Source of the DNA: the human T2T-CHM13v2.0 reference genome, Homo sapiens
Strand: one strand, 5' to 3'
Assembly: GCF_009914755.1 (NCBI RefSeq)
Contig: NC_060927.1
Length of the DNA stretch: 64,000 bases
Under the pieces are notes generated by a model that saw nothing but the letters and a program-made list of their open reading frames with translations, did not search any database and was not told where the DNA came from. Positions 42,955-58,300 of the stretch are shown here, piece after piece (the first letter of the stretch is position 1; each line of letters begins with the position of its first letter). The translations under genes were made by a program, and so were the position numbers.

Positions 42955-43261
42955 TTTCTTTCTTTCTTTTTTTTTTTTTTTGAGCTGGAGTCTCGCCCTG
43001 TCACCCAGGCTAGAGTGCAGTGGTGCGATCTCAGCTCACTGCATCCTCCACCTCCTGAGTTCAAATGATTCTCCTGTCTCAGCCTTCTGAGTAGCTGGGA
43101 TTACAGGCGCCTGCCACCACACCCAGCTAACTTTTGTATATTTAGCAGAGACGGGATTTCACCGTGTTGGCCAGGCTGATCTCGAACTCCTGAGCTCTTG
43201 ATCCGCCCGCCTCAGCCTCCCAAAACACTGGGATTACAGGCATGAGCCACCAGGCCCGGCC
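42955..43261 (-). mobile_element. Alu
   Basis: Antisense dimer, apparently inside an old L2-like fragment. Confidence 0.95.
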
Positions 43262-44740
43262 AGCTGGCTCTGTCTTAACATTAAGTACTCAGTTCAAACG
43301 TCACCTACTCAGAGTGGCGCTTCCTGATCAGGCAGTCTAGAGTAACTATCTAGGTGCTCTATTACATTATCACAATATCTATTAAATTATTATGTTATTA
43401 TAATTCTCAGCAGAGCACTTAGCACCAACTATTATTTTTCCTTGTTAAATTAATTACTTTTTCCCAGCAGTAGACTGTAAGAGCTCCATGTGAGCAGGTA
43501 TTTTGTTTGTCTTGTTTGCTTTAGTTTCAGGGCCTAGAGTAGTATCTGGATACAGCGAAGGCACTCATTAAGTATTTGTTAGTTAACCAATTAATTATTA
43601 ATATTTCGTAGTCACACCTTGAAGACCTCAACCTAGGAGATCTTTATCAAAAGAACCTTGATCTGCTGGCAGATTTGTCAAACTCCTGTCCAGGCTTTTG
43701 ACAGATTTGGCAAATGCCGCTTTTCTCTTTTCAAAATTACATTAGTAGTCCTTGTAAAACTGTGTCTAACATTTTATTGTAACCATATTTGGATTTAATT
43801 TTATAAATTACGTTTGGAAAGAGGACAAGAGACTCTTTGTAAATAAGCCTGTAATTTTTACTGGTGACAGCTTTTGTCACCTAGAATCAATGTGCTTATT
43901 CTTTTTGAGATTGCTGAAATGAGCTTTGTAAATATTTTTGTTGTAATATCATTTTATGGTGTATTCTTCAAATTATATTGCTTTATCCATGGTGAATTCC
44001 TTCTGGAAATGGAGTAGGGGAGCACCTTGGATCTTTTCTTTAAACCCAAGTACCCAGGTTTTTTTGTTCTGTGTTTTTTCTATTTTCACACCAAAGTTAA
44101 ACCTTTACAGTATTAGTTTTACATATAGACAGTCTTGCATTGTAGATGTTGTAAGGCATTGTCTCTACATATAAAATTCAGACTTGGAATATTTGTAGGA
44201 GATGTTAATAACACACAACAGAGGATCGACTTCTGGGCATGTTGTTTTCATAATCATTCGTCAAGCTCTCATGCTTAGCCTTGTTTTAGACACTGTACCA
44301 GAATTAGAGGGAAAAAACATAATCAGCTTACATTACAGGATTTACACATTGATGTGGTTCAGTCAAAATGCAAATAGTATTGACAGATATTCAGGGGCAA
44401 AACACAGGGGCAGGATGAATTTAAAAAGCAAGGGGAAGGAAAGAAGAAAGAGGAGGGAGAAAAATGACTATGTTATTAGTCATTGCTCTACACTTGAAGG
44501 CTGTAACAGATGGACACTTAGATAACCTTCATGGTCTGGTTTAATTTACTGCATATAATTTCCACAGTTCTTTCAGGTGATTAAATGAGTGGTTCTTGAC
44601 AACAATTACGAACATTTAAAGGTGGAAATTTATGCATATTTCCCTAAATTGCATGTCAGGTAGTTCCTGCTATAATTTTGCTAAATGTCCATGAATCTCT
44701 TGAAAAATACAACTCATAAATGTGGAAGGCCTATACATAA

Positions 44741-45118
<378 letters not shown>

Positions 45119-45355
45119 AGCACAAGTCTTTTATCTGTTGTTAATCTGATGTTATTTAGTGGAACACTTCAGATGCATTCATAGAATTATACATTTTACT
45201 AAATATATCACAGCTTGAAATATAGTTTCCCCATTTTTATCAGCTTTCATAGAATTCTTAATTGATTTTTAAATGGCTAATATTGCTTATAAAAAGTAGT
45301 TGATCAAGCTCTTAAATTCCTATTTCTGAGTTCCTTGTTCTAGTTCACACTAGAC

Positions 45356-45637
45356 CAGAGGTCAGCAAACTTTTTTCATATAAATCCAGATAATAAATAT
45401 TTTAGGTTGTGTGGGTCCAGTCATCACCGTCATAACTGCTGTTGCAGTGTAAAAGCAGTCATAGAAAATAAATGTGTAAACGAATGAGTATGGCTGTGTT
45501 CCAATAAAATTTTATTTATGGACAACAATATTTGAATTTTATGTAATTTTCACGTCACAAAATAGTCTTATTTTGATTGTTTTTCAACTTTCACAGTGGG
45601 TTGAATTTGGCCTGTGAACCGCAGTTTGCAAACGCTG
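45356..45637. mobile_element. MER58-like hAT-Charlie DNA transposon
   Basis: Ends cagaggtcagcaaac...gtttgcaaacgctg; internal ggctgtgttccaataaaattttattta. Confidence 0.8.
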
Positions 45638-46245
45638 CCCCAAACTCAAAGTCACATCGTGAATTGTATGTCACGTGTCTTCAGGAGAAGAAATTTGAAA
45701 CAAATCCAGAGAGAATTGTGTTTTACCTTAGTTACTCCGTTACTTAGTAGTTATCAGCTATGTATTAGACCAGTCACATATCTGTTAAAATCAGATATTT
45801 GATTCTAAAATATCTCAAGATTAGTTCAGAAACCTTGAAGGTAAATAAATGAAGGACCAGGAAAAGACTTCAGCTTAAAAGTATCAGGTTTTTAACATTT
45901 TTGTTACAAATTGGATTTGTTTTCACTCACTTGGATTTTTATCTGCTTACTTTGAAACAGTTCATCAGGTGAAATCACTCTAGAATTATTAGGTCAGCTT
46001 CTTTTATTTTCATTTTTCTTCAGAGGCCACACTTCTGCGGAAACAACATGCCCAGGAGGAAAGATGCTTTATATTTCAGTTGTGTTACATATAGGTCAGA
46101 CATTACTGTTTTGAACTCCAAATAGTATTCTCACTTTATAGTTGTATTTGCATTTTTATTATATTATTAATACATATTGCTTGAAACAAGCATGGTTTTT
46201 GGTTGTCAATCCTTTTGTTAAAATATAACTTTATTTATTGTTATT

Positions 46246-46532
46246 ATTTTGAGACAGAGTCTCACTCTGTCACCAAGGCTATAGTGCAGTGGCATGATCT
46301 TGGCCTGCTGCACCCTCTGCCTCCCAGACTCAAGCGATTCTCGTGCCTCAGCCTCCTGAGTAGCTGGGATTACAGCCATGCACCACCAAGCCCAGCTAAT
46401 TTTTGTGTTTTTAATAGAGATGGAATTTCGCCATGTTGACCAGACTGGCCTCAAACTCCTGGCCTCATGTGATCTGCCCGCCTTGGCCTCCCAAAGTGCT
46501 GGGATTACAGGTGTGAGTCACCGCACCCGGCC
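46246..46532 (-). mobile_element. Alu
   Basis: Antisense dimer. Confidence 0.93.
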
Positions 46533-46642
46533 AATGTAACTTTACTTTGAAGACTTTTGTCTTAATGGGATTAGAACTGCATTACCATTTAAAGATGAGT
46601 TTCTGCTGGTTCCCATAGAAGTGTCAACATTTTTCTACGCAA

Positions 46643-46944
<302 letters not shown>

Positions 46945-47495
46945 TCTACCTAAATTTTTTAGTACTTTGTATACTATCTTGTCCCTCTTTTTGTGCTTCC
47001 TCTTAAACTTATGCTAGCTTGGATAAAAATGTACTTTAGGAAGTCTCCTGACATGGGAGAAAACAATTTTGAAAGCTTCAACATACAACGTATTTTGTGC
47101 TTCATTTCAGAGTAAAATTTTTCCCAAGGTATTTTGTTTTTCTGGGACTATTGTTAGTGCATGTTGTTTTTCCTGTTTTATGCTTCTTTTCAACCTGTTT
47201 GGTTTTCACTAAGGGATTCCAATGGGTTTTTTTTCTATTAGCATAATTACCAATGTTGAATGTCACCTGGGCATAACTACTTTTCCTAACCCTGTCATAC
47301 CATTGCTATCTCTTAGCATGTTTTCTCAAGTGAGAAAATGTCTTGACTGAATGGCCTTCTCTTCTTCATTTACTCATTCTCTATTCACTCTAGATTTATC
47401 AAATACCTGCTCTATGTGAGGCACAATACTAAGCACTCTGTACATACGTGTATTTTTTTTTTTTTTTTTGATGTTAGAGCTTCATCACTGCACCC

Positions 47496-47797
47496 TTTTT
47501 TTTTTTTTTCCCCACAAACAAGGTCTTGCTCTGTCAGTCAGTCTGGAGTGCAGTGGTGTGATCATGCTCACTGCAGCCTCGGACTTCTGGGCTCAAACAG
47601 TCCTCTTGCCTCTTCCTCCTAATTAGCTAGGACTACAGGTGTGCACCACCACACCTGGCTTTTTTTTTTTTTTTTCTTTTCGGAGAGACAAGGTCTTGCC
47701 AAGTTGCCCAGACTGGTCTTGAGCTCCTGGCCTCAAGAAATCCTCTCACCTCAGCCTCCCAAAGTGCTGGGGTTACTGGCGTGAGCCACCATGCCCA
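47496..47797 (-). mobile_element. AluJ-like element
   Basis: Diverged antisense dimer with expanded middle T tract. Confidence 0.9.
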
Positions 47798-47854
47798 GTC
47801 TTCACCTTCTTTTGTAGTCCATCCCCTTCTACTATTCTCTTCCTGCTTTCCTTT

Positions 47855-49457
47855 CACTTCGACTTTTCCATTTCAGGCTTTTAATTCACTTGACCTCCCC
47901 CTACTGCCCTCTGCCACTTGCCTGCTGGGACTGCTGCCCATCATCCCTCTCAATGCTGCCTATCATCCCTCTCAATGCTGCCCATCATCCCTCTCAATGC
48001 TGCCCATCATCCCTTTCAATGCTGCCCAGGCCTCTAGCTCCTTCTCCTCCTTGAAATTGCAGGGGCCTGGGGGTGTTTGTACAGTGGCATTAGTGCAATG
48101 AGGTGGACTTAGTTAGATAAGTATGGGGAATGGGAGTTCCTTTACTCTTGCTCTGCTGGCTCCAACCCAGGGCAGCTGGCTAAAGCAGTCCTTAACCATG
48201 AGGATTTCTTCCAGGGTCATGCTTCCAGTTTTTAGTGAAGGATCACAAAAAATGTTTAGTGTCGTTCCATTGATTTTTTCCCCCCTCGATTGAAGCTTTT
48301 TGAAATGTTTTTTGAACTGCCTTTTGTGTCAAACATGCCTTGTCTTAAAATGTCCTGTATTACTCTGTCCACACTGAATTACAGGCACACCTTTCTCTCA
48401 ATTCAATGAGAGAGTTTTCAGTGTGATGTAAAGAATTGCTTTAGCTTTCTGCCAGGGGACTGTGTCTACCCTTGTAGATGACTGTTTGAATTCAACATTT
48501 TGTATTAATAGTTGGGCATATTCATAGGTTATCAGAACTGGAAGGGACCTGAGGAATTATTTCACTTTCCTGTTTTACATGTGGAAACTCAAGGCTTAGA
48601 TTGATGAATGCAAAGCTCGTTGTCACATGAATGAAAATCTAGGATTGGAATTTGAGTCTCCTAACCCCAAGCTTTTGTTGAATCAACTGATTTTCGATAG
48701 TGTTTATTCAGAGAAGAGATATGAATAAACAATGTCCTGTGAGATGATAAATTCTGTATTTTTTCAAGCACCTGGAATATTGATTCATGTCTCCCTAAAA
48801 TATCTCAATGTTACTGAGACTAAGTGCCAGTGGTCAGGTATGCTTACTACACCAGTGATTGTCAGGTATTCTGCACAAAGGATATATTCGGCTGTTATTC
48901 ACTTTTGTTATGCTTTTCCTCCTTTAAGAATTATCACTTTGCTTTTTCCCTCCTGGTCATAAAGAAATCATAGTTTTAGACCTTAAAGTGTGATTTTAAT
49001 TGTCCTGTCATCTTGATGGAAATAATCTGATTTTCTTGACTCAGATTAGGAATTTTTGCTATCACCTTTTCTTAGCAAAATATGATTAATCAGCAAAGTT
49101 CTGTAGAATGAAGAATTACTTCTGTTTTCACCAGAAAACTCTTGAACTGTTCTAGTGAATTCAGTCCTATCCCAGGCTGATTCTAGATAGTTCATCTTTG
49201 GGTTAGATTATATGTCGGATGAGGAAATGGGTAGATTTGGGTGTGGGTCTAGGCCTGCGAGTGTTTGTGTGTGCATATACACATATAGAAGTAAAATAAT
49301 TGTAGACGTGCTGCTTTTTGGGGGATGATCTTCATCAGGTCCACAAAGCTGCTTCACCATTTCCTGGAGAGATGGTCCTTTGGCCTTTCATAGTGGTAAT
49401 TTTAGCTTTCCACATATTTCTGTAGATGAATGTATCCAGGCAGTGCATTGGTATGAG
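47855..49457 (-). other. FILIP1L: Probable 3' UTR of the distal FILIP1L terminal exon
   Basis: Downstream of the stop on the minus strand. Candidate signals AATAAA (48703-48708) and ATTAAA (47880-47885). End is inferred. Confidence 0.5.
47932..48028. repeat. 22-bp minisatellite, about 4.4 copies (TGCTGCCCATCATCCCTCTCAA)
   Basis: Units start at 47932, 47954, 47976, 47998, with a partial unit at 48020; two single-base variants. Confidence 0.95.
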
Positions 49458-49649
49458 TTACCTTCTCCCTCCCACGTGGAGGAAGGTGTTGGAGGTGACA
49501 GTTCTCACGATGTGTAGCTTCCCACAGCCATTTTGGTAAATAGGCTTATCCATAGGCACTGTGGGGGCTTTAGTGGAAATCTTGGTGATGCCTGTAGATT
49601 TCGGTTTAGGGATCCGTGCTGGGATTCTCTGCTTGCATACCTCCTTGAT
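49458..49649 (-). CDS. FILIP1L: FILIP1L distal alternative terminal exon, coding part (63 aa, IKEVCKQRIPARIPKPK...LHVGGRR*)
   Basis: Minus strand ccttttgttctcttgtttaattcaag|ATC AAG GAG..., open for 63 codons in phase 0 (same phase as the VEPLLLPH exon), stop TAA at 49458-49460. Unique, non-repeat sequence. Confidence 0.8.
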   Translation of the reverse strand: MKEVCKQRIPARIPKPKSTGITKISTKAPTVPMDKPIYQNGCGKLHIVRTVTSNTFLHVGGRR

Positions 49650-51187
49650 CTTGAATTAAACAAGAGAACAAAAGGTAATTAATGGTACAGTTGGTGGAGA
49701 AGTAGAAATTGTTTAGGACATGGAGTCAGTTTGGAGGATTTGGCTTTGAAAGCACCAGTTTCTGGGGATGTATCAGATCAAAGATCGTCAGGTTGAAGAA
49801 AAGAATGTCAGTAAAGTAATCTGGTGTGTGTTGAATGTGTGCTGTGTGCACAGTTCTTGATAGAGATAGTGGTAGATACAGAGATGAATAGATATTTGGC
49901 AATCACGGTGTAGTAGGACATAAACAAGAGTAGTGTCCCAAATTAATCTCAAAGAGCCATGAGATTGCCAGAGAAAGGTTAATTTCGAATGAGATTGTCT
50001 TTAAGAGTGCTTCATGAAGAATATGGCATTTGACTTGGGCCTTCAGACTTTTAAAAGTTTTCACAGTATGAGTGAGATGGGCAGCTCCAATGATGATTAG
50101 TGGAACAGCTTGGTAGTATGTATCAAGAGCCTTATGAATCTTTTCTAGGATGTAGAGAGGCAGTCAAGGATATTTGATTTTAGCATTGTTTATAATGATG
50201 AAAAATGGACAGTTAAATGAATAGGATGTGTTAAATGAATTATAGTATAATTATGACAACATGCTTTGTTAATGAGGCCAAAGCTTCAGGAAAACGTTTA
50301 CTTAGATATGTTAAAAGTAGAATTTAAAACTGTGTACATGCTTTAATTATTTACATGTGAAGAGAAAAATACTAAAAGAAAATGCACCCATGCTATTGGT
50401 TGTTAACCCTGATTAGTGGACTTACAGGTACTTTTGATTTTTCTTACATTTTCTGTGTTCTCCACATATTTTATAGTAAGTATGCTATGAGAAAAAGGAA
50501 CACTAAATTGTTTTAAAAGACGAAAAAGGAAGGAAACAACTTGGAGATCAGGACATTTCTGTGAACAACCATATTATCCAAGCCATGAGCAGTAGAAGCT
50601 GCAGTTGAAGTCAGTGACAGACTAATCAAGTCTGCTAATATTGTGACTATAGCATTAATAATAGCCTTCCCAAGATGGATTTCTGTGATGTCCTGTAACT
50701 TTATCAAGATTTAGATTGGGTCTCCAATTTAGTGTTCAAAAATCTATGTTGGGATCGTCTTTAAATTGTAGATTTCTGAATCTTACTCCTATGCATTGTA
50801 ATTCATTGGTTTGTGGATATGTCCAGCAATTCACATTTTTAATAAACTCTCAGAGTGATTTCTTCAACTCAGGTGGTTGGCCTACCACACTTGGAAAAGT
50901 GCTGCCATAATTGAACTTCCTTTAGATGTAAGCTTTATTTTTTCTTCACCTGGAACTCTAGCCTACCTGGGTATGCATAGTTCAATACTGTGAAAGGCCG
51001 AGACAGATTGGTATGACACACAGTATTGGTGGAGCTCGTTTCTTTTGAGCAACACTGATACGTGTTGGTGAAGAAAATGTGGCTTGGAATGGTGGTCACT
51101 GATACTTTCAGGCCCAGCTGCCTGAAGGTTACTGGGCTCCTACTTGTTTCTACACCATTGATGTGCAAGCTTTTGTTTTCTAGGTAA

Positions 51188-51981
<794 letters not shown>

Positions 51982-52281
51982 TCATCTCTTGGATCATTTT
52001 TATAGAGCGTTATGTCAAATAGCTCCAAGAAAGTTTTGTCCAAATTTGGAATGCATATTGCAAGAGAAATACATGCATATGGCTCTTTTAAGACCACACA
52101 GTGAATGTTCTACTCAGAGTTGGAGGCTCCTGGGTTTCATCAAAGAGCAGATGTCTTGGAGGAGATTAAGCAAGTTGGAAAGCTCATTCATAGAAGAAAA
52201 CGATTTTTTAATAAATGCTTAACCCAGTTCAACATGAAGACTGGGATTTGGAATGCCTTAAAAGTCTGAAGGATGTTGAGT

Positions 52282-52308
52282 TCAATGAGGCAGAAGAAGT
52301 GGTTCCAC
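52282..52308 (-). CDS. FILIP1L: FILIP1L alternative terminal exon, coding part (VEPLLLPH*)
   Basis: Minus strand tcttctttctactgctccctag|GTG GAA CCA CTT CTT CTG CCT CAT TGA. Matches the recalled FILIP1L C-terminus ...QITVEPLLLPH. ATTAAA on the minus strand at 52207-52212. Confidence 0.9.
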   Translation of the reverse strand: MEPLLLPH

Positions 52309-55300
52309 CTAGGGAGCAGTAGAAAGAAGAGGAGTAAATTTGTGGAATATATTAAATTCTAAAAGTGTTGGTTTGTTTTATCCATAGATTCTCAAAAGAA
52401 ACCTAGCAATCTAGAAGACTCCCTGGTTACAGTGAGTTATTAGAAGGCATTGAGTCATAATGAGCAAAAGAAGTATGGAAAGGTGAAGTGTTTTCAGTTG
52501 TATTCAAAGTCTCAGTTCTATAGCCCAATTTCTACATGACTCTTTTGTTCTTCCACTTTATCATGGAGCACAAATATACCAGAACAAAATCAGCATTTAT
52601 GGAGAAACTATCAGATCTCAGACAGCTGGAGTCAGGATGTTTCCTTTTCTCTAAAGGAAATTAATTTTGTAAGTGCTTTGAACTTTTTGATCTGTATTGA
52701 CAACGTGTTGTGTAAGAAAGCAGTGTTTTCTCAGGAGCGGTCCTGACTCCAGGGACTGCATCACACCTTAGCTCTAGAGGTTGAGAAGTTGAAGACTCCC
52801 AGAGACCTCTGGTCATTTTGATATGTGGTAATTGAGGTGGTGTGGGACGGTGGTTGGATTCAGGGCTGCTCACTCCCTTGGGGACTTAGCTGTGGAATGC
52901 TTGGCCAAGGCCATGTGTTATCAGAATTGACAGTGTTTTTGTAGTTTTGTTTTTATCTCAGTGTTTAATGGGAAAGTATATAAGCAATGATGATGGATAT
53001 GGTGATGAAAAGAAGGAAATGCTAAACTGAAGAAAAATATATTTGAAATATTATTGCCTTCTTTTCTTTTGTCTTTTATATTGTTTGACAAATCACTGCT
53101 AATTTATGGGGAGTGGTGGAATGGAAATAAGAGATAATGAATCTGGCAGCTAGCCCAAAATTTCATAATGATGCTTTGGCTTTTTTCTCTTGATTTTTCT
53201 CAGAGCTCCCCTATTAAACAATGAAACTTTATCACTACAAGTTTTACGCTTTATACAGGAAAGGGTCTTTCAAAGGAAAGCTGTTTGATTTTATTAGCTC
53301 ATTCTCATTAACCTCCTATGAGAGATCATTTGGTTTTGAATAGTGTTCTACTTCTATGGCTTATATTAAAGAGTTGTCCAATATCTGATGCAAAGGTTAG
53401 AGTAAATAGGTGCCTTTATTCTGTAATGTATCATGGTTTGTGGTTGTACCTAGTCACCTCTCAATCTCTCTTTCTGTGGAAATTATACAGTCAGCAGTGG
53501 GGGCAATCCAAGAATAAACATTGAAATAAAGTTTTCAAAATCGCTCCAAACCCAGTTGCCCCCACTTTGTGTCAGACCAAGCATCAGATGTAGCAATACT
53601 TTGTTAAAATAAAATATACTAACCTTAAATACTTGTCTTCCTCATTTGTTCTCTTTTTATCCATCTGTGAACTTTTTTCCTTTTACTCAGCTTTTCTTTT
53701 TTTGTACCCTTTCCTCCCTCCCCTCTCCTGTGTCTTTCTCATTTCTTCATTTGCACCCACTTAATTGTTTTAGTCATTCTCAGGCTTACATCTTATAACA
53801 GCCTTTGGGTAGTATCTAGAGCACAAGCCGTGGAGCCAGTCTTGGGTCTTCATTCTAGTTTTGGCACTAACTAGCTGTGTCTCTTTGAGCAAACACTTTA
53901 CCCGTGTAAACCTCAGTTTCCTCTTTTGTAATCTTCATCTGGGGATTGAAATACCTACTTGTAAGTTTTCTTTGGGGAGTAGAGATATTGTGTAGTAAAG
54001 TCCCTGGCCCATCTAAAGTTTCGGGTGTTAGGTGTTCCTGTTGTGATCATCATCAGCATCATCTTTGTCTTTTTCCTTATATCACTTCTTAAGATGCCTA
54101 TTTCTTGGTCATAATCCTAACTTCTTTGATTGTTTTACCTTTCTTGTTTTCCTGCTTTATCTCTCAACTTTCCTCTCTCTCCAATTATTTATAGGCAATA
54201 TGTTGCTAAGGGTGGGAGTTAAGGCAGCTGAATAAGCAGCACTGATTCCTGGGCTATACTTCTAATCACCTTTGACCCAGAAAAGGCCCACTCACATGTC
54301 CTTTATCCTCCTTATGCTACTTTGTCTGGTCCTTGTGAATCTTTCTTTTTTAGAGTTCACCCAGAGACATTATCTGTTCTTTCCTGTTTTCATGTCTTTT
54401 GTTTGAAAAATGCAGTAGTTCTTTTAGATCACCTGTAAAGTCCTTTGGCTTTGACATTCTGTGATTCTGTGAAAAGGACAAATGCAGGCCAGCTATGGCT
54501 ACCAGGTGCCTTTATTAGCCATATGAGCTTTTGTTGAGCACCTACTATGAGCACTATTTAAGTCCTGGGTAGAATAGGACCATGGTTCTTAAATTTTATA
54601 TGCCCAGAGAGCCTGTTAGGATGCAGAATCCCTGCAGTGGGAATTAATAGGTCTGGGAATGTGAAACTCTGCAAAGTCATATGTGATTCTGATGAAGGTG
54701 GTCAATGACTGCATTTTAAGAAACATTGATATAAGGAGTTCAAAAATAAATGATAGCTGATTCTTGCTTTTGAGATGATAGCATAGGAGGGGTAACAAAT
54801 AATTATGAGGTAGAATGACGTGCAATAATAGAATTACAGACAGCAGTTTTGGAAACTCAGTGGAAAACTAAAAAGTAAGGAAGGTTTTCCAGAGGAAGTG
54901 ACACATGAGGGATGAGTAGGATTTTAGTATGAGGAACAAAGGAAGAAGAGTATTTCAGCCCTACAAACAGCATGATCAAAGGTAAGAAGGCCCAGTAGTA
55001 TGTGGGAGGATAGTTAGTATGGTGTCCTGGTGAAGATGTGAGGGTATGTCCAGAGTTTCAAAGGGAGATGAAACGAAAGATGAAGGCCATGGTAGAAGGT
55101 TTGGACTTTGGGCACTAAGCAATTTTAAGTGCTGTTTTCTGGGAGGCTGGAGAATTGCTGTGATCAGAATGGTATTTAAGGCTGGATTATAGAGGTGAGG
55201 ATTTAAGTGTAGTAGATTAACTATCTTACAGTACCATCTGTCCTAAATTCTGGGCTTGGGGAGTAGTAGTACAAATAAGTGGGGAGGACAGAGAAAGAAA

Positions 55301-58300
55301 TAATATGACAGAGTGGAGGATGAGCAGAGAAGTGGAGAATAGTTCCCAGATGTTGAACCTGAGCAGTGGGGAAGGTGATGGACCATCAATAGAGGCGAGA
55401 CAAAGAGCAGTTCAAGAAAGATAGTATATTGGGTTATGGGCGCATGCTAAGTTTGAAGTGTATAGTTGGGCCTTCCATGTGGAACTGTTTGGTAGAGTTG
55501 AAATTTTGGAGATGTTGCTTTGAGGATCGTGGTAGAGAAATTGTTGATACTACTCAAGTGCCTGAGACAGCCAGAGAGAAAAATGTAATTCCCACTCAAC
55601 TGCCGCTCTTTTCTTCTCCCACCATAGGTACTTCTACATCCCTTTCCCAGAGCCTGAGATGAATTTTGTGGGACCCTACCATGTGCCCACATCCTCTGCA
55701 CAAGGCCACTCTATCTTAATGATAAGAATATAACTAGTTCTGAGAACAGCCACCTAAGGAGGCATTTATTCCCATTACTTGAACAGTACATAGTGATTGA
55801 ACCACTATCCAGGGAGTGATTGGCTTGCTAGGGGAAAGGAAATCCTGCACCTCTCTTCCAGTAACCTGGCTGGCCCCTCAGCCATTGTGTCTGAACCAAT
55901 CAGACAAATTACATAAACTTGTACTCGCAGAAAGGTTTGCCACTTTGTGGCACAGAGCCATGCAGTAAGGACAGGATAGCCTCCCTAAAGCGTATTTCCT
56001 TCCTTATTGGCAGTCTGAGAAAAACCTGGAATAGGACCATATTTGATAGGTTTGGCCTAAAAAAATAGTAATAATCGTCCATTGTTCTCCCTAGTCTTCT
56101 CATTGTCCTTAGAAGCTATAATCAGCAGCCTCAGAAGCATTTATATTTTTCAGTTTCTGTAATTAATACATACTCTTATAATCAGGAAATTTCATATGAA
56201 ATAAATGGGCTGCTTATATAAATTACTATGAGAGCTGTTCTTCTCAGCATGATCCGTACTCACTGATTCCCTCCCTGTTGCCCTAAAGGAATAACTATCT
56301 GCCTCTTGTGTTATGGAACTTTTGAGGACCTCTTGCAGTTTTTAGTTAGCTCCTGTTTATATTAAACAGTGGTTTTCTGAGGCTTCAAAAGTGACTGATC
56401 TCAGGCACAGTGAATTCAGGCAAGAACACCATGAAAAGGCATAAGAATAGAAGAAGAATAGCTTTTTCTAGTTAAAGAGAAGAGAGAAAAAAAAAAAACA
56501 GCCAAACCACTAATTGTAAAGGATAATAATGCATTTTTGAGGAATTACTTTGAGTTGTTTGAAGAGTGTCTGTGTTGATGCAGATTATTGTATTGTGAGG
56601 GGAGACATAGGAGCCAACTTGACAACTTTCCTTTGCAGTGGCAGTTTTTACTTGGGATGCTTCCTTGGTTTACAGTTTTGTACTCCTGAATTTGGAGACT
56701 GACAGGGTTGAACCCCAACACTTCTCCTTCTGACCTGGGAAGATACATAGTGATTATTTCTAAAAAATGATTTTGGGAGTGCCAGTCTTATTAAGTTACA
56801 GTGTTCCTTGAGAAATAGAAATCCAGATTTAGAGTGTACCATCTGGGAAAATTTTCTGTTTCTGCAAAGGCAGAATCACACCAAATGTGGCCTAAGTTGG
56901 TGGTGCTTGTCTTTATAGTGGCTGGACCTTGATCCCTTGATTGCCTTTTCTGAAAGTCTTGGGTCATTATCATAACTGTCAAGGCAGCCACCTACTTATA
57001 AGCTCAGATGTGCATGGTTGTGATGTTCCTTCCGTGAATCATTTTCACTCACTTCTGATGCTTTTCTATCCCATCATCTCTGAGGCTAATCAGGTACCTC
57101 CTGCTCTGCACATATTGATTGCCTGTCCAAGCTCATTCTTCATGCTTGGCATTTGTGCCCTTTGCTTATAGAATCTTACCTTAGGATAAAGTGGACACTG
57201 ACTGCACCTTTTGTGTTCTGAGAACAGTCTCCTAATGAGAACATGAGCTTCTCTTTGGACTTGCTTTCTCACATCTCCTATCCCAGGTCAGTCTTCCCCG
57301 TGCCTGCCCATTTGTGTGGGGCTTGGCTTCTCACATTCATTATCTCTTGTCACCCTAACAGTGGCTTCAGGGAAGCAGGTGGAGTTGGAAGGAGAGGCAA
57401 ATCACTCTTGGCTATGGTGATCATGGGAGGTTTCAGAAGAGGCGAGCATTGATACAGACCCTTCAGTGTGGGTCTTACTTCACTTGACAAGAGATGAAAA
57501 TTGTGTCCATGTAGAGAAGTGGGGAGGAGAAAGCCCTGCATATGTTTAGGGACATTCTGAGTGTTCTGGCTGAAGTGGCAGATCTGTGAGGTGGAGCACA
57601 AGGAGGTAACATTAGACAATCTGTCTGTCACCACAGATTGTGGAAAGGATCAAATTCAACTTATAATGAATTTAAAACCCCTTGCAACTCAGTGTGTTGC
57701 CACGGAAAGAGAATGGGGCAACAGAATCAGACCTGTTTTCACTCCTCAGTTTTGTGACATACTAACAGAATGACCTGGAACAGCTTTCCTTATATGTCAG
57801 AGTTTTAATCTACTTATCCCTAAAGTTGTCATAATACCCACTTTCTAGGGTTGTTGTAAAATAAAATAATATTGTATAATGGATTTGTTTTTTGCCCTCT
57901 CTTTTATGTTACCTCACTATGCAGAAACCTTCTGTGAAGACACAGAGACTCCCTAGTGCTGTATTCATGGTTCTTCACAATCAACAGGTCTTTGCCCTTT
58001 AAGCCTTACCCTGCCCCAACCATCTCAACTTCATCCACATTGCACTGCTCACTGTTCCTTGAATGTTGATTATCTGCCCTCCTGCCTGCCCCCACACCTT
58101 TACCTTGTGGGCACCTCTTTGGAGCACCTTTCTTTTTTCTCTATATCCTAGTCTTCCCCATCCTGTATCCCCTGCTCAATTCTCATCTGTTTCTGAAGCC
58201 TGATCCCCAAATCCCACCTGAAAGTAACCTGCTCTTCCTCTAAAATCCTGTAGTACTTACTGTCTATATAGTTCCTTCTCTGTGTTGAGCTCTTAGTTAC

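Noticed and set aside
47932-48028. Possible CRISPR-like array
   Set aside because: The units are contiguous with no spacers, and the DNA is eukaryotic.
56545-56991. Overlapping minus-strand ORFs as a third FILIP1L terminal exon
   Set aside because: The best acceptor (near 56760) gives AAA TAA in phase 0, and I recognise no homology. Conservation data would be needed.
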